64,000 bases of DNA from assembly GCA_963766475.1 (NCBI GenBank), contig CAVXZS010000003.1:169778-233777 (forward strand), written 5' to 3'. Under the pieces are notes generated by a model, which was not told where the DNA came from, did no database searches, and saw only the letters and a program-made list of their open reading frames with translations. This DNA is from an uncultured Actinomycetota bacterium (GTDB taxonomy: Bacteria; Actinomycetota; Actinomycetes; Propionibacteriales; Nocardioidaceae). Below, piece by piece: positions 20,939 through 31,196 of this stretch (positions within the stretch are counted from its first letter, which is position 1; every line of letters starts with the position of its first letter). A program made the position numbers and the translations under genes.

Positions 20939-23900
20939 CTATGGGATCTCGATCGGCCCGGCGATGACGCTGTTGGCGATGTTGCCGGTCTGGTCGGTCT
21001 GGGTGGCTCGGGCGTAGAGGGTGCCGGTGGTGCCGAGGACGGCCGAGGTCACGCTCCAGGCGCCGGTCGCGGCGTTGACCACGACCCCGGTGAGGGTGGC
21101 CCTCGTGTTGGGTGCAGAGCACGGAAACACGTTCGTCGTGCACAACACGACCGTGAGGGTCAGGTTGTCGCCGAGGCCGTAGCTGGCGACCCCGCTGACG
21201 GTGGCGGTCTGGCCGGGGTCCGCGCCGAAGCCCGTGATCGAGACCTCGGGTGCGATGTTGTCGGTGTAGGTGACGGTTCGGTCGGTGTAGGTCGCGGTAC
21301 TGCTGAGGTTGCCTGCCATGTCCTTGGCTGCGCCGGAGGCCAGCGCGGGGATGACCGTCCCGGACTTCGTCATGCCCGAGACGGCCACGTTGTAGGGTCC
21401 GCTGCCGCTGATGGCGAACGCCGTCGCGCCCGCCGTGCCGGTGAGGGTCAGGGTGCTGCCCGTGAACGCGTAGACCGGGGAGCTGAACGTCACGGTGTAG
21501 TCGATGCTCGTACCGGTCGTCGGGTCGACCTGGCCCGCAGCCTGGTTCAGCGTCACGGTCGGGGCGATCGTGTCGATGATCATCGACAGCGGCGCGGACG
21601 CTGCGCTGGCGTTGAGGCTCTGGTCGGTCGCAGTCGCAGTGATGGCATAGGTGTTGCTGGTCAACGCAGTCACCGTGGTGGCCGAGTAGAGGCCGGAGAC
21701 GGGCACCACGGCGGAGGTCGCGATGACGGTCGCGCCGTTGTAGATGCGGACCGTCGACCCGACCTCGGCCGTGCCCGTGAAGGCAGGCTTCGTGTTGTTG
21801 GTGATGGCGTCGCTCGAGGAGAACCCGGTGTCGGTGGCCGCTGTCACGACCGGTGTCGACGGCGAGCTGGGGGCCACGACGTCGCTGTAGGTGACGGTTG
21901 CATCGGTCGACGTCGCAGCCGCGTTGTTGTTGCCGGCGGCGTCGGTGACCTTGGCCGTGGTCAGCAGGGCCGTCACGGTGCCCGACTTGACCATCCCGGA
22001 GACCGAGATGTCGTAGGGCCCGGTGCCGTTGACCGCTGCGGTGTTGGCCAGGGCGGTTCCGGAGTAGGTGAGGTCGGAGCCGGTGAACCCGTAGATCGGT
22101 TCGCTGAACGCCGCTGTGTAGGCGATGGGCGAGGTCGTGGTCGGGTCCACCTGGTCGGGGGCCTGGTTGATGGTCGCCGTGGGCAGGACCAGGTCGACGA
22201 CGATGGCGGTGGCCTCGGAGAACACGCTGAGGTTGCCGGCGACGTCGGTGGCCTGGGCGGTGATGGAGTAGGTGCCGGTCGCGAGGGTCGAGGTGGCACC
22301 GGAGTAGGTTCCGGCTCCGGTGGTCGTGGACCCCGGGCTGGTCCCGGTCGCAGTCGCGCCGTTGAAGAGGCGGACGTAGGCATTCGGCTCCGCGGTGCCG
22401 GCGAAGATCGGCGCTGTCGACCTGGTGATCCGGTCGGTGCTGGAGATCCCGGTGTCGCTCGCGAGGGTCATCGTGGGGATCGACGGTGCTGCGGGTGCAG
22501 TGTTGTCGATGGTGAAGGTCAGGGTCGCTGAGGACGGGCCCACGTTGCCGGCCACGTCGGTGGGGATGGTCGAGACGGTGTGGCTCCCGGCTGCCAGGAG
22601 GCTGGGGATGACCGCGTAGGTGGTGGTCGTGGTGGTCACGGTGCCCAGCTGGGTGCCTGCCTCGAACAGGGCCACGATGGCCTTCGAGTCGTTGGTTCCG
22701 CTGACGGTCGGGGTCGTCTTGTTCGTGATCTTGTCGGTCGTCAACCTGCCGGTGTCCATGCCGCTGGCCAGAACCGGGGTCGAGGTGGCCGGCGGGGCGG
22801 TCGTGTCCACGACGAGGGAGATCGCGGTCGAGGAGGAGCTGATGTTGCCGGCCGCGTCGGTCGCCCTCGCGGTGATGGCGTGCGTCGCATCGGCCAGGGC
22901 GCCGGGAGTGATCGACCATGCCGTCGAGGGCGCGTAGACGGTGCCGAGGAGGGTGGCCGGGTTCGTGCCGATGGTCGAGTACAGGGTGACCGTGCTCCCC
23001 GCCGTCACGGTGCCGTTGATGGTCGGGGTGTTGTCGCTGGTGTTGTTGTCGGTGGCCGACCGGCCGGAGTCGCTGGTGGCGATGAGGTCCGGGGTACCTG
23101 GCGCGCTCGGAGCGGTCAGGTCGATGACGACCGAGACCGCCGGGGAGGACGCGCTGATGTTGCCGGCCGCGTCGGTCGCCGTGGTGGTGACCGACTTGGT
23201 TCCGGCGATCAGGACGATCGAGGTGACGGTGTAGGACCCGCCGGTCGCCTGGGCGGTTCCGATGGCCGTGGTCGCGGAGTACAGGGTGACCGTCGACCCG
23301 ATCTCCGCGGAGCCGGTGAAGGTGGGGGTGGTGTCGTTGGTGACCCTGTCGCTCGAGGAGATGCCGGTGTCGCTGGCGGGGTCGAGCACTGGCGCGGCCT
23401 GGACGGGCGGGGCGGTGGTGTCGATGACGACAGTGGTGGCGGTCGAGGCGGGTCCGGTGTTCGCGGCCAGGTCGGTGGCCCGGGTGGTGAACGCGTGGGT
23501 GCCGGCGGGGCGGGTGCTCGCGGTGATCGTGTAGGTCCCTCCGGCCGCGACGCCAGATCCGACTGGGGTGACCCCGTCGAAGAGTGCGACCGTCGAACCA
23601 CTCTCGGCGGTGCCGGTGAACGTCGGCGCGGTGACCTTGGTGATGCCGTCCGTCGTGGAGGAGCCGGAGTCGCTGGCCGTGACCAGGACGGGGGCAGATG
23701 GAGCGTCAGGTGCAGCCAGGTCGATACGGACGACGACCGACTGCGTCTCGCTGACGTTGCCCGGGTTGTCCCGGGCCGAGAACGTGACGCTGTGGATGCC
23801 GTCGCCCTCCACGAGCACCTGCGCGGTGTCCGTCATCACCGTGACCGGGGTGCCGCCGTCCACGGCATAGGTGATCGAGGCGATGCCGAAACCGGCCGAG

Positions 23901-24472
23901 GCGGACAGGTTCACCGCGACCGGGGTGGAGCTGTTCCACCCGTTGCCGTTCGGGGTCGGGGAGATCGAGGACACCGTCACCGTCGGCAGTGAGTTGTCGT
24001 TGATCACGGTCACGCTCGGGCTGTCCGCGCTCTGCGCCGACCAGTTGCCGAACATCGCGGTGACCGTGTAGTGGTAGCCGCCGTCGGGGACGCCGAGGTC
24101 GTCACACGACAGTGCGGTGGTCGGCGAGGCCGCGGAGGTGCCACAGGCCGCGGACACCTCACCGTCGCTGTCACGGACCCGGTTCACGAAGTGACTGGTC
24201 GCCGGCTGTCCCGTGGCAAGGGTGGCGGCGTCCCAGGTCACTGCGACCGTCGCGCTGTTCACCGGCGCGTTGGCGACCACGTTCCCCGGAGCCCACAGAG
24301 TCCCGGTGGACGCGGACGCCTCGCCTGCGCCGGGGATGGTCCACACGGCCCAGGCCACCCCGGCGATGCCCAGGGTCACCACGGCGCCGAACAGCACCGC
24401 CAACGTGCGCTGCGCGGTCCGTCCACGCCCCGCTCCTTCTGGCCGTGAGCGCTGGGTCATCTGCCGGGTCAT
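20939..24472 (-). CDS. Large secreted Ig-like (Big) repeat protein, putative adhesin
   Basis: N-terminal hydrophobic segment ending AWAVWT; about six ~105-aa repeats SDTG.S..D.IT..T.PTF.GTAE...ATD.AGN; start at 24472 or 24460. Confidence 0.85.
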   Translation of the reverse strand: MTRQMTQRSRPEGAGRGRTAQRTLAVLFGAVVTLGIAGVAWAVWTIPGAGEASASTGTLWAPGNVVANAPVNSATVAVTWDAATLATGQPATSHFVNRVRDSDGEVSAACGTSAASPTTALSCDDLGVPDGGYHYTVTAMFGNWSAQSADSPSVTVINDNSLPTVTVSSISPTPNGNGWNSSTPVAVNLSASAGFGIASITYAVDGGTPVTVMTDTAQVLVEGDGIHSVTFSARDNPGNVSETQSVVVRIDLAAPDAPSAPVLVTASDSGSSTTDGITKVTAPTFTGTAESGSTVALFDGVTPVGSGVAAGGTYTITASTRPAGTHAFTTRATDLAANTGPASTATTVVIDTTAPPVQAAPVLDPASDTGISSSDRVTNDTTPTFTGSAEIGSTVTLYSATTAIGTAQATGGSYTVTSIVLIAGTKSVTTTATDAAGNISASSPAVSVVIDLTAPSAPGTPDLIATSDSGRSATDNNTSDNTPTINGTVTAGSTVTLYSTIGTNPATLLGTVYAPSTAWSITPGALADATHAITARATDAAGNISSSSTAISLVVDTTAPPATSTPVLASGMDTGRLTTDKITNKTTPTVSGTNDSKAIVALFEAGTQLGTVTTTTTTYAVIPSLLAAGSHTVSTIPTDVAGNVGPSSATLTFTIDNTAPAAPSIPTMTLASDTGISSTDRITRSTAPIFAGTAEPNAYVRLFNGATATGTSPGSTTTGAGTYSGATSTLATGTYSITAQATDVAGNLSVFSEATAIVVDLVLPTATINQAPDQVDPTTTSPIAYTAAFSEPIYGFTGSDLTYSGTALANTAAVNGTGPYDISVSGMVKSGTVTALLTTAKVTDAAGNNNAAATSTDATVTYSDVVAPSSPSTPVVTAATDTGFSSSDAITNNTKPAFTGTAEVGSTVRIYNGATVIATSAVVPVSGLYSATTVTALTSNTYAITATATDQSLNASAASAPLSMIIDTIAPTVTLNQAAGQVDPTTGTSIDYTVTFSSPVYAFTGSTLTLTGTAGATAFAISGSGPYNVAVSGMTKSGTVIPALASGAAKDMAGNLSSTATYTDRTVTYTDNIAPEVSITGFGADPGQTATVSGVASYGLGDNLTLTVVLCTTNVFPCSAPNTRATLTGVVVNAATGAWSVTSAVLGTTGTLYARATQTDQTGNIANSVIAGPIEIP

Positions 24473-24480
24473 CTGCTGGG

Positions 24481-24948
24481 TCAGCTGCTGGTGTAGGCGA
24501 TGGCCACGACCGCGTTCTTGCACGCGTTCTGGTTCACACCGGGGGGCTTGTTGTTGAACTGGATGGTCAGACCGGACCAGGAACCGACGCCGAGTCCGGC
24601 TGGGATCTGAGCCCCGACCGTCGCGGTGCCCGCGATGGTGTAGTCAGTGGCGTCGCAGCCTGGCATGTTGGTGCCGGTCACGGTGGCCGTCACAGCCGCT
24701 ACGTAGACGAGGCTCGCGTTCGGATTGTCGAAGTCGCCCGACAGCGCCTTCGGTGCCACACCCGGCGCCATGCCCGTCACAGTGCTGGTCTGGTTCACGA
24801 CGATGGACGCATTGGTGCCGGTGTCGGCGTCGCCGTCGCCGTCGCCGGAGCTGGTCCAGAAGGCAAAAGCCGCGCCCGCGCCCGCGCCCACCGCGAACAC
24901 CACGACCCCGCCAATGGTCATGATGCTGCGTTTTCCGAAACGCTTCAT
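24481..24948 (-). CDS. Small secreted protein (155 aa) with AFAFWT signal end and a Cys pair
   Basis: MKRFGKR plus hydrophobic stretch; C...NQNACKNA. Confidence 0.8.
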   Translation of the reverse strand: MKRFGKRSIMTIGGVVVFAVGAGAGAAFAFWTSSGDGDGDADTGTNASIVVNQTSTVTGMAPGVAPKALSGDFDNPNASLVYVAAVTATVTGTNMPGCDATDYTIAGTATVGAQIPAGLGVGSWSGLTIQFNNKPPGVNQNACKNAVVAIAYTSS

Positions 24949-25214
24949 GACGGCACTCTCTAGGCGTGGGGCAACGAGAGCGCCGGCGGCACTCCAGACC
25001 GGGGACACAGCCACCAATCGCGCCGCGTAGTCGTGAACAAGCAAATAGTCCCATATCGATACGCAAAGATCATTCAAAGACGAAATGTCGATGTGCAGTG
25101 CAAAGTCCACCCACTGCGGAGGCGCACTGTGCGTCCTCAGCTCACATCCATGGCCCGACCTGTGTGAGGACCCGCGTCATACGCCGCGGTGGACGCGGCT
25201 GCGGATCTGAGCAG

Positions 25215-26672
25215 TCAAGCGTCGTAGTGCGACAGCCGCTTCCACGCCCTCGACCAGCCACCGATCGGGCCGTCGCACACCCACACGCCGTGGCCCTCCT
25301 CCTCGTTGTCGATGCCGACGCCGTTGTGGAGGGTGGCGGCGCGTTCGCAGCCGGTGAAGTCCGTGGACGGGTCCTGGTAGTAGACGACGACCACGGGTGA
25401 GGCCGAGTCGGGCGGCGGTCCCCAGTTGCGCCAGCCGTTGTGTCCGCTGTAGACGGGCGCGCCGACGCCGTACCACTCGAACGCGCCGGCCTCGCCGTAG
25501 TTGCCGGTGAAGACCACGGCTCCGTCAGGCAGGGAGGCGACGACCGTGCGCACCTGGTCGGCGTACCCCCGCCAGCCGATGGTCTCGGGCTGGTCGGCGT
25601 CGAGCGTGTGGAAGAAGGAGCTGGCGTACGCCGAGGTCGGGAGGATGGGCACCAGGGCGGGCCAGGCGACGGCGGCGGAGAGCGCGAGCACCGTGCCGAC
25701 CTCGACGAGACGGCGTGGAGTGCGAGTGCGGGCCACCCAGGTGCAGCCGGCCGCGACCAGCGGCACGATCGCGCCGGCGAGGTAGTAGCCCTTGCCGCCG
25801 GTGATCAGGAAGACCAGCGTCACCACGAGGAACACCAGGGCGGGCAGCCGGGCGCGGCGCCACTCGGGGACCTGGAGCAGCTTCACCAACCCGGCCACCC
25901 AGACCACGAAGATCACCGGGCTGAACATGATGGCGGCCTGGCCGATGAGCTCGACCCGACCGAGGACGCCGCCGTACTCGTCCGCGATGTCGGCGGACAG
26001 GTCAAAGACCGGCCAGCTGTGGTCGGCCTGCCACCACAGGTTCGGGAGCCACATCAGCGCGGCGATCACGCCGGCCAGCCAGGGCCAGGGGGTGCGCAAA
26101 CACGGCCGCAGCTCCCGATCGAGGGCGCACGAGACCAGGATCCCGAACAGCACGAACACCACCGCGTGCTTGTTGTTGAGCCCGAGCCCGGCCACCACGC
26201 CGGCGACCAGCCACAGCCGCGGCCGGTGGTCGACCACGGCCTGGGTCGCGAGCAGCAGCACGGCCACCCACGCGAGGGTGTCGAAGGTGGCGGTCGTGAG
26301 CCGGTGCCCCATCGCCATGGTCACGGCGGAGGTCGCGACCACCACTGCAGTCAGCACCTGGCCGCCGCGGGCCGCGCCGAGCACCCTGGCGAACTGCACG
26401 GCCACCAGCACGATGCCGACGACGCCGAGCAGCCCCGGCACCCGCAGCATGACCAGATGGTGCGGCGCGATCTCGGTGGCGATCCGCGCGAGCAACGGCG
26501 TGAACGACGGCTGGTCCGGGTAGCCCCAGGCCAGCCGGTCGCCCGCGGAGACGAAGTAGAGCTCGTCGCGGCCCGGACCGTAGAACGGCGCCATCACGAG
26601 CAGTACGGCGACCTGGGCCGCCACGACCACGCCGACCCCGCGCCAGGCGAACGGCGGCCGGTCGGTGGTCAT
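25215..26672 (-). CDS. GT-C family (PMT/ArnT-like) glycosyltransferase
   Basis: RDELYF..LAWGYPDQP motif; multiple TM helices. Confidence 0.85.
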   Translation of the reverse strand: MTTDRPPFAWRGVGVVVAAQVAVLLVMAPFYGPGRDELYFVSAGDRLAWGYPDQPSFTPLLARIATEIAPHHLVMLRVPGLLGVVGIVLVAVQFARVLGAARGGQVLTAVVVATSAVTMAMGHRLTTATFDTLAWVAVLLLATQAVVDHRPRLWLVAGVVAGLGLNNKHAVVFVLFGILVSCALDRELRPCLRTPWPWLAGVIAALMWLPNLWWQADHSWPVFDLSADIADEYGGVLGRVELIGQAAIMFSPVIFVVWVAGLVKLLQVPEWRRARLPALVFLVVTLVFLITGGKGYYLAGAIVPLVAAGCTWVARTRTPRRLVEVGTVLALSAAVAWPALVPILPTSAYASSFFHTLDADQPETIGWRGYADQVRTVVASLPDGAVVFTGNYGEAGAFEWYGVGAPVYSGHNGWRNWGPPPDSASPVVVVYYQDPSTDFTGCERAATLHNGVGIDNEEEGHGVWVCDGPIGGWSRAWKRLSHYDA

Positions 26673-27442
26673 GCCCGCATTCTGGCGCGCAACCTGTCCA
26701 CGGTGTCGTCGTCCAGGCCGAGCCCGTCGCGCAGGTATCCCTCCCGCGAGCCGTACGCCGCGTCGGCGGCGTCGTGGGCCTCCTGGAGGTAGTCGTCGCG
26801 CACCACCATCGCCACCTCGAAGACCGACACCTTCTCCTCGCCGAGGTGCTCGCGGACCAGGCCGAGGTACTTCTCCCGGGTCGCCGACGAGAACGTGTTG
26901 GTCAGGAGGTAGTCCTCGAGGATCGTCGCGTCGTCCGCACCCGCGACGTGCAGGAGCAGCGCCGCGGCCCAGCCGGTGCGGTCCTTTCCGGCCGCGCAGT
27001 GGAAGAGCGTCGCCCCTTCCGCGTCCGCGATGTGGCGCAGCAGCCGGCCGAACGCCGCGCGCGCCTCCGGCGCCTCCACGAAGCTGCGGTAGAGATGGCG
27101 CATCACCTCGTCGGCGGCCTCCCGGGAGGTGAGGTCCTCGAGCTCGAACATCGGGATCCCGCCGACCTCGACGTGGTGCCACGTCGCGCCCGGGACCTCG
27201 ACGTCGGGGTGCGCCTCGACCTCGTGCGCCGACCGCAGGTCGTAGACCGCGGTGACGCCCAACCCGGCGATGGTCGCGGCGTCCGCGTGGCTGAGCTGCA
27301 GCTCGTTGGAGCGGTAGACGACGCCGCGCCGCAGCGGGGTCCCGTCGGCGGCGACGTACGCCGCGTCCGGGCCGGTCACGTCGCGGAAGTTGTCCGCCGA
27401 CGCCAGTCGGACCAGCTCTTCACCGAACTCTGGGTTGGACAC
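26669..27442 (-). CDS. Tyrosine-protein phosphatase, PtpB/IphP-like
   Basis: NFRD and HCAAGKDRTG P-loop. Confidence 0.9.
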   Translation of the reverse strand: MSNPEFGEELVRLASADNFRDVTGPDAAYVAADGTPLRRGVVYRSNELQLSHADAATIAGLGVTAVYDLRSAHEVEAHPDVEVPGATWHHVEVGGIPMFELEDLTSREAADEVMRHLYRSFVEAPEARAAFGRLLRHIADAEGATLFHCAAGKDRTGWAAALLLHVAGADDATILEDYLLTNTFSSATREKYLGLVREHLGEEKVSVFEVAMVVRDDYLQEAHDAADAAYGSREGYLRDGLGLDDDTVDRLRARMRA

Positions 27443-27456
27443 GCGCCAGAGCCTAT

Positions 27457-28017
27457 TCAGCGCAGCGGCACGAACCGGTACCAGCCGTGCTCGGTGACCT
27501 CGGTCCCCGACGGCGTGCGCCGCACCAGGAGCATCGTGCCGCTGACCGGGATCACCATCCGCCCGTCCTCGGTGAGCTGCTCGACCAGCTCGCCGGGCAG
27601 CGCGCGTGGCTCGGCGGAGACGAGCACCCGGTCGTACGGCGCCTCATCCGGCCGCCCGAGACGCCCCGGGTCGGCCTGCTCGATCCGCGCCCACGGCCGG
27701 TCGAGGCGCTCGAGGTTGGCGCGCCCGAACTCGACCAGGCTCGGGTCCAGCTCGACTCCGATGACCTCGCCGGCCGGGCCGGTCAGGTGGGCGAGCAGCG
27801 CGGTCGACCAGCCGGAGCCCGCTCCGACGTCGAGGATCCGGTCGCCCTCGCGCACCTCGAGGAGGCGCAGCATCGCGGCCACCGTGCGCGGCTGGGAGTT
27901 GGTCTGGCCGTGGCCGATCTGGATCGGGCCGTCGTACGCCGCCCGCCGGCGCGCCAGCCGCGGCAGGAAGCCGGCGCGGGGCGTCACGTCGAACGCCTCG
28001 GAGACCCGGTCCGCCAC
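27457..28017 (-). CDS. pcm: Protein-L-isoaspartate O-methyltransferase
   Basis: IGHGQTNSQP, LDVGAGSGW and APYDRVLVSA motifs. Confidence 0.85.
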   Translation of the reverse strand: MADRVSEAFDVTPRAGFLPRLARRRAAYDGPIQIGHGQTNSQPRTVAAMLRLLEVREGDRILDVGAGSGWSTALLAHLTGPAGEVIGVELDPSLVEFGRANLERLDRPWARIEQADPGRLGRPDEAPYDRVLVSAEPRALPGELVEQLTEDGRMVIPVSGTMLLVRRTPSGTEVTEHGWYRFVPLR

Positions 28018-28085
28018 CCTCCCGAGTGTGGCACCACCCGGACGGACCAGAGACAGACGACCGCGGCGTCGGAGAGACTGCCGAC

Positions 28086-28454
28086 GTGATCAAGCTGGAG
28101 CTGCTCTTCACGGTCGTGGTCTTCGCGGTCTGGGTCTTCACCCTGGCCGACGTCGCCCAGGCTCCGCCGCAGGGCGTCCGCAACCTGCCGAAGGTTGCCT
28201 GGGTCGTGCTGGTGCTGCTGTTCCCGGTGCTCGGCAGCGCCGCCTGGTTCGTCCTCGGCCGGCCCGAGGGACCGCCCCGGCTCGCGCCCGGCGAGCGGGC
28301 GGTGCCGGACTTCCCGGAGTACGACCGCCGCGGGCGCTCCGCGGCCGCCGACCCGGAGAAGGACGAGGAGTTCCTCAGGCAGGTGCGCGAGCGTGCTGAG
28401 GCGCAGCGGAAGCGCTACGAGCTGCAGAAGAAGCGAGACCAAGAAGAGAGGTAG
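28086..28454 (+). CDS. PLDc N-terminal-domain membrane protein
   Basis: LPKVAWVVLVLLFPVLGSAAWFVLGRP. Confidence 0.8.
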   Translation: MIKLELLFTVVVFAVWVFTLADVAQAPPQGVRNLPKVAWVVLVLLFPVLGSAAWFVLGRPEGPPRLAPGERAVPDFPEYDRRGRSAAADPEKDEEFLRQVRERAEAQRKRYELQKKRDQEER

Positions 28455-28459
28455 CCCCG

Positions 28460-29110
28460 CTAGCCGCGCTGGCGCACCCCCAGCCAGGCGAGCACGGCCA
28501 GCACCCGGCGGTGCTCCTCGCCGGTCTCCTGCAGCCCGAGCTTGTTCATGATGCTCGCGATGTGCGTCTCGACGGTGCGGCCGGTGAGGAAGAGCCGGCG
28601 GGCGATCCCGGCGTTGTTGCGGCCCTCGGCCATGAGCGAGAGCACCTCCCGCTCGCGGGGGGTGAGCAGCGTCAGCGGGTCCTGGTCGCGGTTCGGCCCG
28701 AGCAAGGTGGCGACCACCTCGGGATCGAGCGCCGAGCCGCCGGCCGCGACCCGGCGCAGCGACTCCATGAAGTCGTCGACCTCGAAGACCCGGTCCTTCA
28801 GCAGGTAGCCGAACCGGCCGCTGGCCACCAGCTCGACCGAGTGCCGGGTCTCGACGTGCTGGGAGAGCAGCACGATGGCGAGGTCGGGATCGCGGCTGCG
28901 GAGCTCCCTCGCGGCCCGCGCGCCGTCGTCGGTCGAGTCCGGGGGCATGCGCACGTCGATGATCGCGAGGTCCGGCTGCTCCCGCTCGACCGCGTCGACG
29001 AGCGCGACGGCATCCGCCGCCCGGCCCACCACCTCGTGGCCGGCGTCCTCGAGCAATCGGGCCAGTCCCTCGCGGAACAGCGCCGAGTCCTCTCCGATCA
29101 CGATGCGCAC
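28460..29110 (-). CDS. NarL/LuxR-family response regulator
   Basis: Receiver motif IIDVRMPP; LTPREREVL..TVETH HTH. Confidence 0.93.
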   Translation of the reverse strand: MRIVIGEDSALFREGLARLLEDAGHEVVGRAADAVALVDAVEREQPDLAIIDVRMPPDSTDDGARAARELRSRDPDLAIVLLSQHVETRHSVELVASGRFGYLLKDRVFEVDDFMESLRRVAAGGSALDPEVVATLLGPNRDQDPLTLLTPREREVLSLMAEGRNNAGIARRLFLTGRTVETHIASIMNKLGLQETGEEHRRVLAVLAWLGVRQRG

Positions 29111-31056
29111 GGGAGCGCTGCCTCCACCTCGGTGCCCCGGCCCACGGGGCTGGCCACCTGCAACGAACCGCCGAGCGCGGCAACCCGGTCGGCGAGTCCG
29201 GACCGCAGCCCGAGCCGGGCACCTCCGCAGCCGTCGTCGGTGACCCGGACGAGGATCTGGCCGTTGCGGCGAAAGACCCGCAGCTCGATCCGCGTCGCCT
29301 CGGCGTGCTTGACGGCGTTGGTGATCGCCTCGCTCGCGACGTAGTAGGCCGTGGTCGCGACGGTGTCAGGCAGCGGGCCGTCGTCGATGTCCATGTCGAC
29401 GGTCAGCGGGAGGTTGCGGACCAGGTTGGCCAGCGCGGCCGCGAGGCCGTCGTCGAGGCTGCTCGGACGCAGCCCGTGCGCGATCTGGCGGAGCTCCGAG
29501 ACCGCGGTCCCGAGCTCGGCGACGCTCGCGTCGAGCAGGCCGTCGACGTCGACGGTCCCGTCGTCGAGGTGCCGCTGCGCCAGCCGGAGCTGCATGCCGA
29601 GGGACACCAGCCGCTGCTGGGCGCCGTCGTGCAGGTCGCGCTCCATCCGGCGCCGCTCCTCGTAGCCGATCTTCACGAGGCGGGTCCGGCTGGACTGCAC
29701 CTCGCGCAGCGCCTGCGCCACCTCGGAGCGGAGCCGGACCACCTCGACCAGGGTGCTGCACCGGTCGGCCACCTCGCGGAGCAGCTCGGGAGAGGCCGGG
29801 CCCCGGCCGGGGACCAGTACGCCGGTCGGCTCACCGTCCTGCCGGACCAGCACGCCGTCGGACGGCACCGGCCGCCCCGCGGTGTCGAGGCAGGTGTCCG
29901 AGCCCGGAGCACGGAAGCCGACCCGCAGGTCAGGGTCGCGCAACGCCTCCCGCAGCACGTCCGGCAGCTGCTCGGGCCTGGCCCTGCCGGCACTCACCTC
30001 CCGGTGCAGGTCGTCGACGGCCGCCAGTGCCGCGCGCCGCAGCGGATACATGCGGGCGTCGACCCCACGCCGTACCCAGCGCAGCGCAGGCAGCAGGAGC
30101 AGTGCGCCCGCCGCGGTGCCGACTGCGACGCCGACCTCCGAGGACCTGCCGACGAGCAGCCCGGTCGCCGAGGAGGCTGCGGCGTACACGGCAAGCACGA
30201 GGGCGGTCACCAGCCCCCAGGTGACGGCGAACGCCAGCGCCTTGTCCACGTCGTAGAGATCGTGCTTGAGCACGGCGATGGCCGCCGCCGCCGGGGTGGC
30301 CACCAGCGAGGCGAGCCCGATGATCGCGCTGGGCCACAGGGCCTCGCCCCAGACCAGGATCTCGAGCAGACAGAGCAGCGGGTACAGCGGCATCCCGATC
30401 CCCGCCACCGCGAGCCACTTGATCTGCTGGCGTTGGGTCCGGTCGGCACGGCGGAACCGCAGCCCGAGGGAGACCGTGCAGGCCGCGAGGAGCGCGAGCA
30501 TGAGCACGAACGCGACCAGCGCGAACACCTCCCACCAGAGGGGAGGCGGCCCGAACGGGCGGTCGAGGTGCCGAAGCGGTGCCTCGAAGGGCACGTCCGC
30601 GACGGCTCCGTCGACCTGGGTGACGACGACGGCCGCGACCACCGCCGCGGGCACCCACCGCCAGCGCGGGGACGGCACCCGGCCGTCGGGGAAGTGCAGC
30701 AGCAGCAGGCCGAACGCCGCGAGGATCCACCACGCGTCCTCGACGGTGACCGCGACCAGCCATGACCACCGCCCGGGGTCGTCGGTGGTCGCGAGCCACT
30801 GCAGCCAGACCTCCTTCGCGACGACGTGGGCCACCGCGAGGGAGAGCACGCCGAGCAGCACGCCGACCGGTGCGCCTTCTCGTCGCCGGGACACGAGCAC
30901 CGACAACGCGGTGGTGACGGGGACGACCACCACGCCGATCGCGAGGTTGAGCCACGAGGTGCGAGTGGGTGCGGCAGCCAGGAAGCCGACTGCCACGGCC
31001 AGGTGGAGGGCAGCCAGGACCGCGCACGCGACTGCGGCACGGCGAGCCCAGGACAT
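29098..31056 (-). CDS. Membrane sensor histidine kinase (HisKA_3)
   Basis: ERDLHDGAQQ, EAITNAVKHA and DDGCGG motifs. Confidence 0.92.
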   Translation of the reverse strand: MSWARRAAVACAVLAALHLAVAVGFLAAAPTRTSWLNLAIGVVVVPVTTALSVLVSRRREGAPVGVLLGVLSLAVAHVVAKEVWLQWLATTDDPGRWSWLVAVTVEDAWWILAAFGLLLLHFPDGRVPSPRWRWVPAAVVAAVVVTQVDGAVADVPFEAPLRHLDRPFGPPPLWWEVFALVAFVLMLALLAACTVSLGLRFRRADRTQRQQIKWLAVAGIGMPLYPLLCLLEILVWGEALWPSAIIGLASLVATPAAAAIAVLKHDLYDVDKALAFAVTWGLVTALVLAVYAAASSATGLLVGRSSEVGVAVGTAAGALLLLPALRWVRRGVDARMYPLRRAALAAVDDLHREVSAGRARPEQLPDVLREALRDPDLRVGFRAPGSDTCLDTAGRPVPSDGVLVRQDGEPTGVLVPGRGPASPELLREVADRCSTLVEVVRLRSEVAQALREVQSSRTRLVKIGYEERRRMERDLHDGAQQRLVSLGMQLRLAQRHLDDGTVDVDGLLDASVAELGTAVSELRQIAHGLRPSSLDDGLAAALANLVRNLPLTVDMDIDDGPLPDTVATTAYYVASEAITNAVKHAEATRIELRVFRRNGQILVRVTDDGCGGARLGLRSGLADRVAALGGSLQVASPVGRGTEVEAALPCAS

Positions 31057-31196
31057 GTCAGCACTGTAGGGACGGAACGACTCCTGCGGGTCCGTGCCAG
31101 CACGGGCCAGCAGTTCCGAGGGCGCCACGATCCGCCGACCCCGCCGTGCTTCCTACCGTCGAGCCATCGTCCAACGACTGCCCACTGGAGGCTCGC

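Noticed and set aside
24452-24490. 12-nt tandem repeat at the start of the Ig-repeat gene as a phase-variation tract
   Set aside because: Only about three imperfect copies and the unit is a multiple of three, so it offers alternative starts rather than frame switching.
24950-25210. Riboswitch upstream of the secreted pair
   Set aside because: AT-rich, but I see no conserved aptamer motifs.
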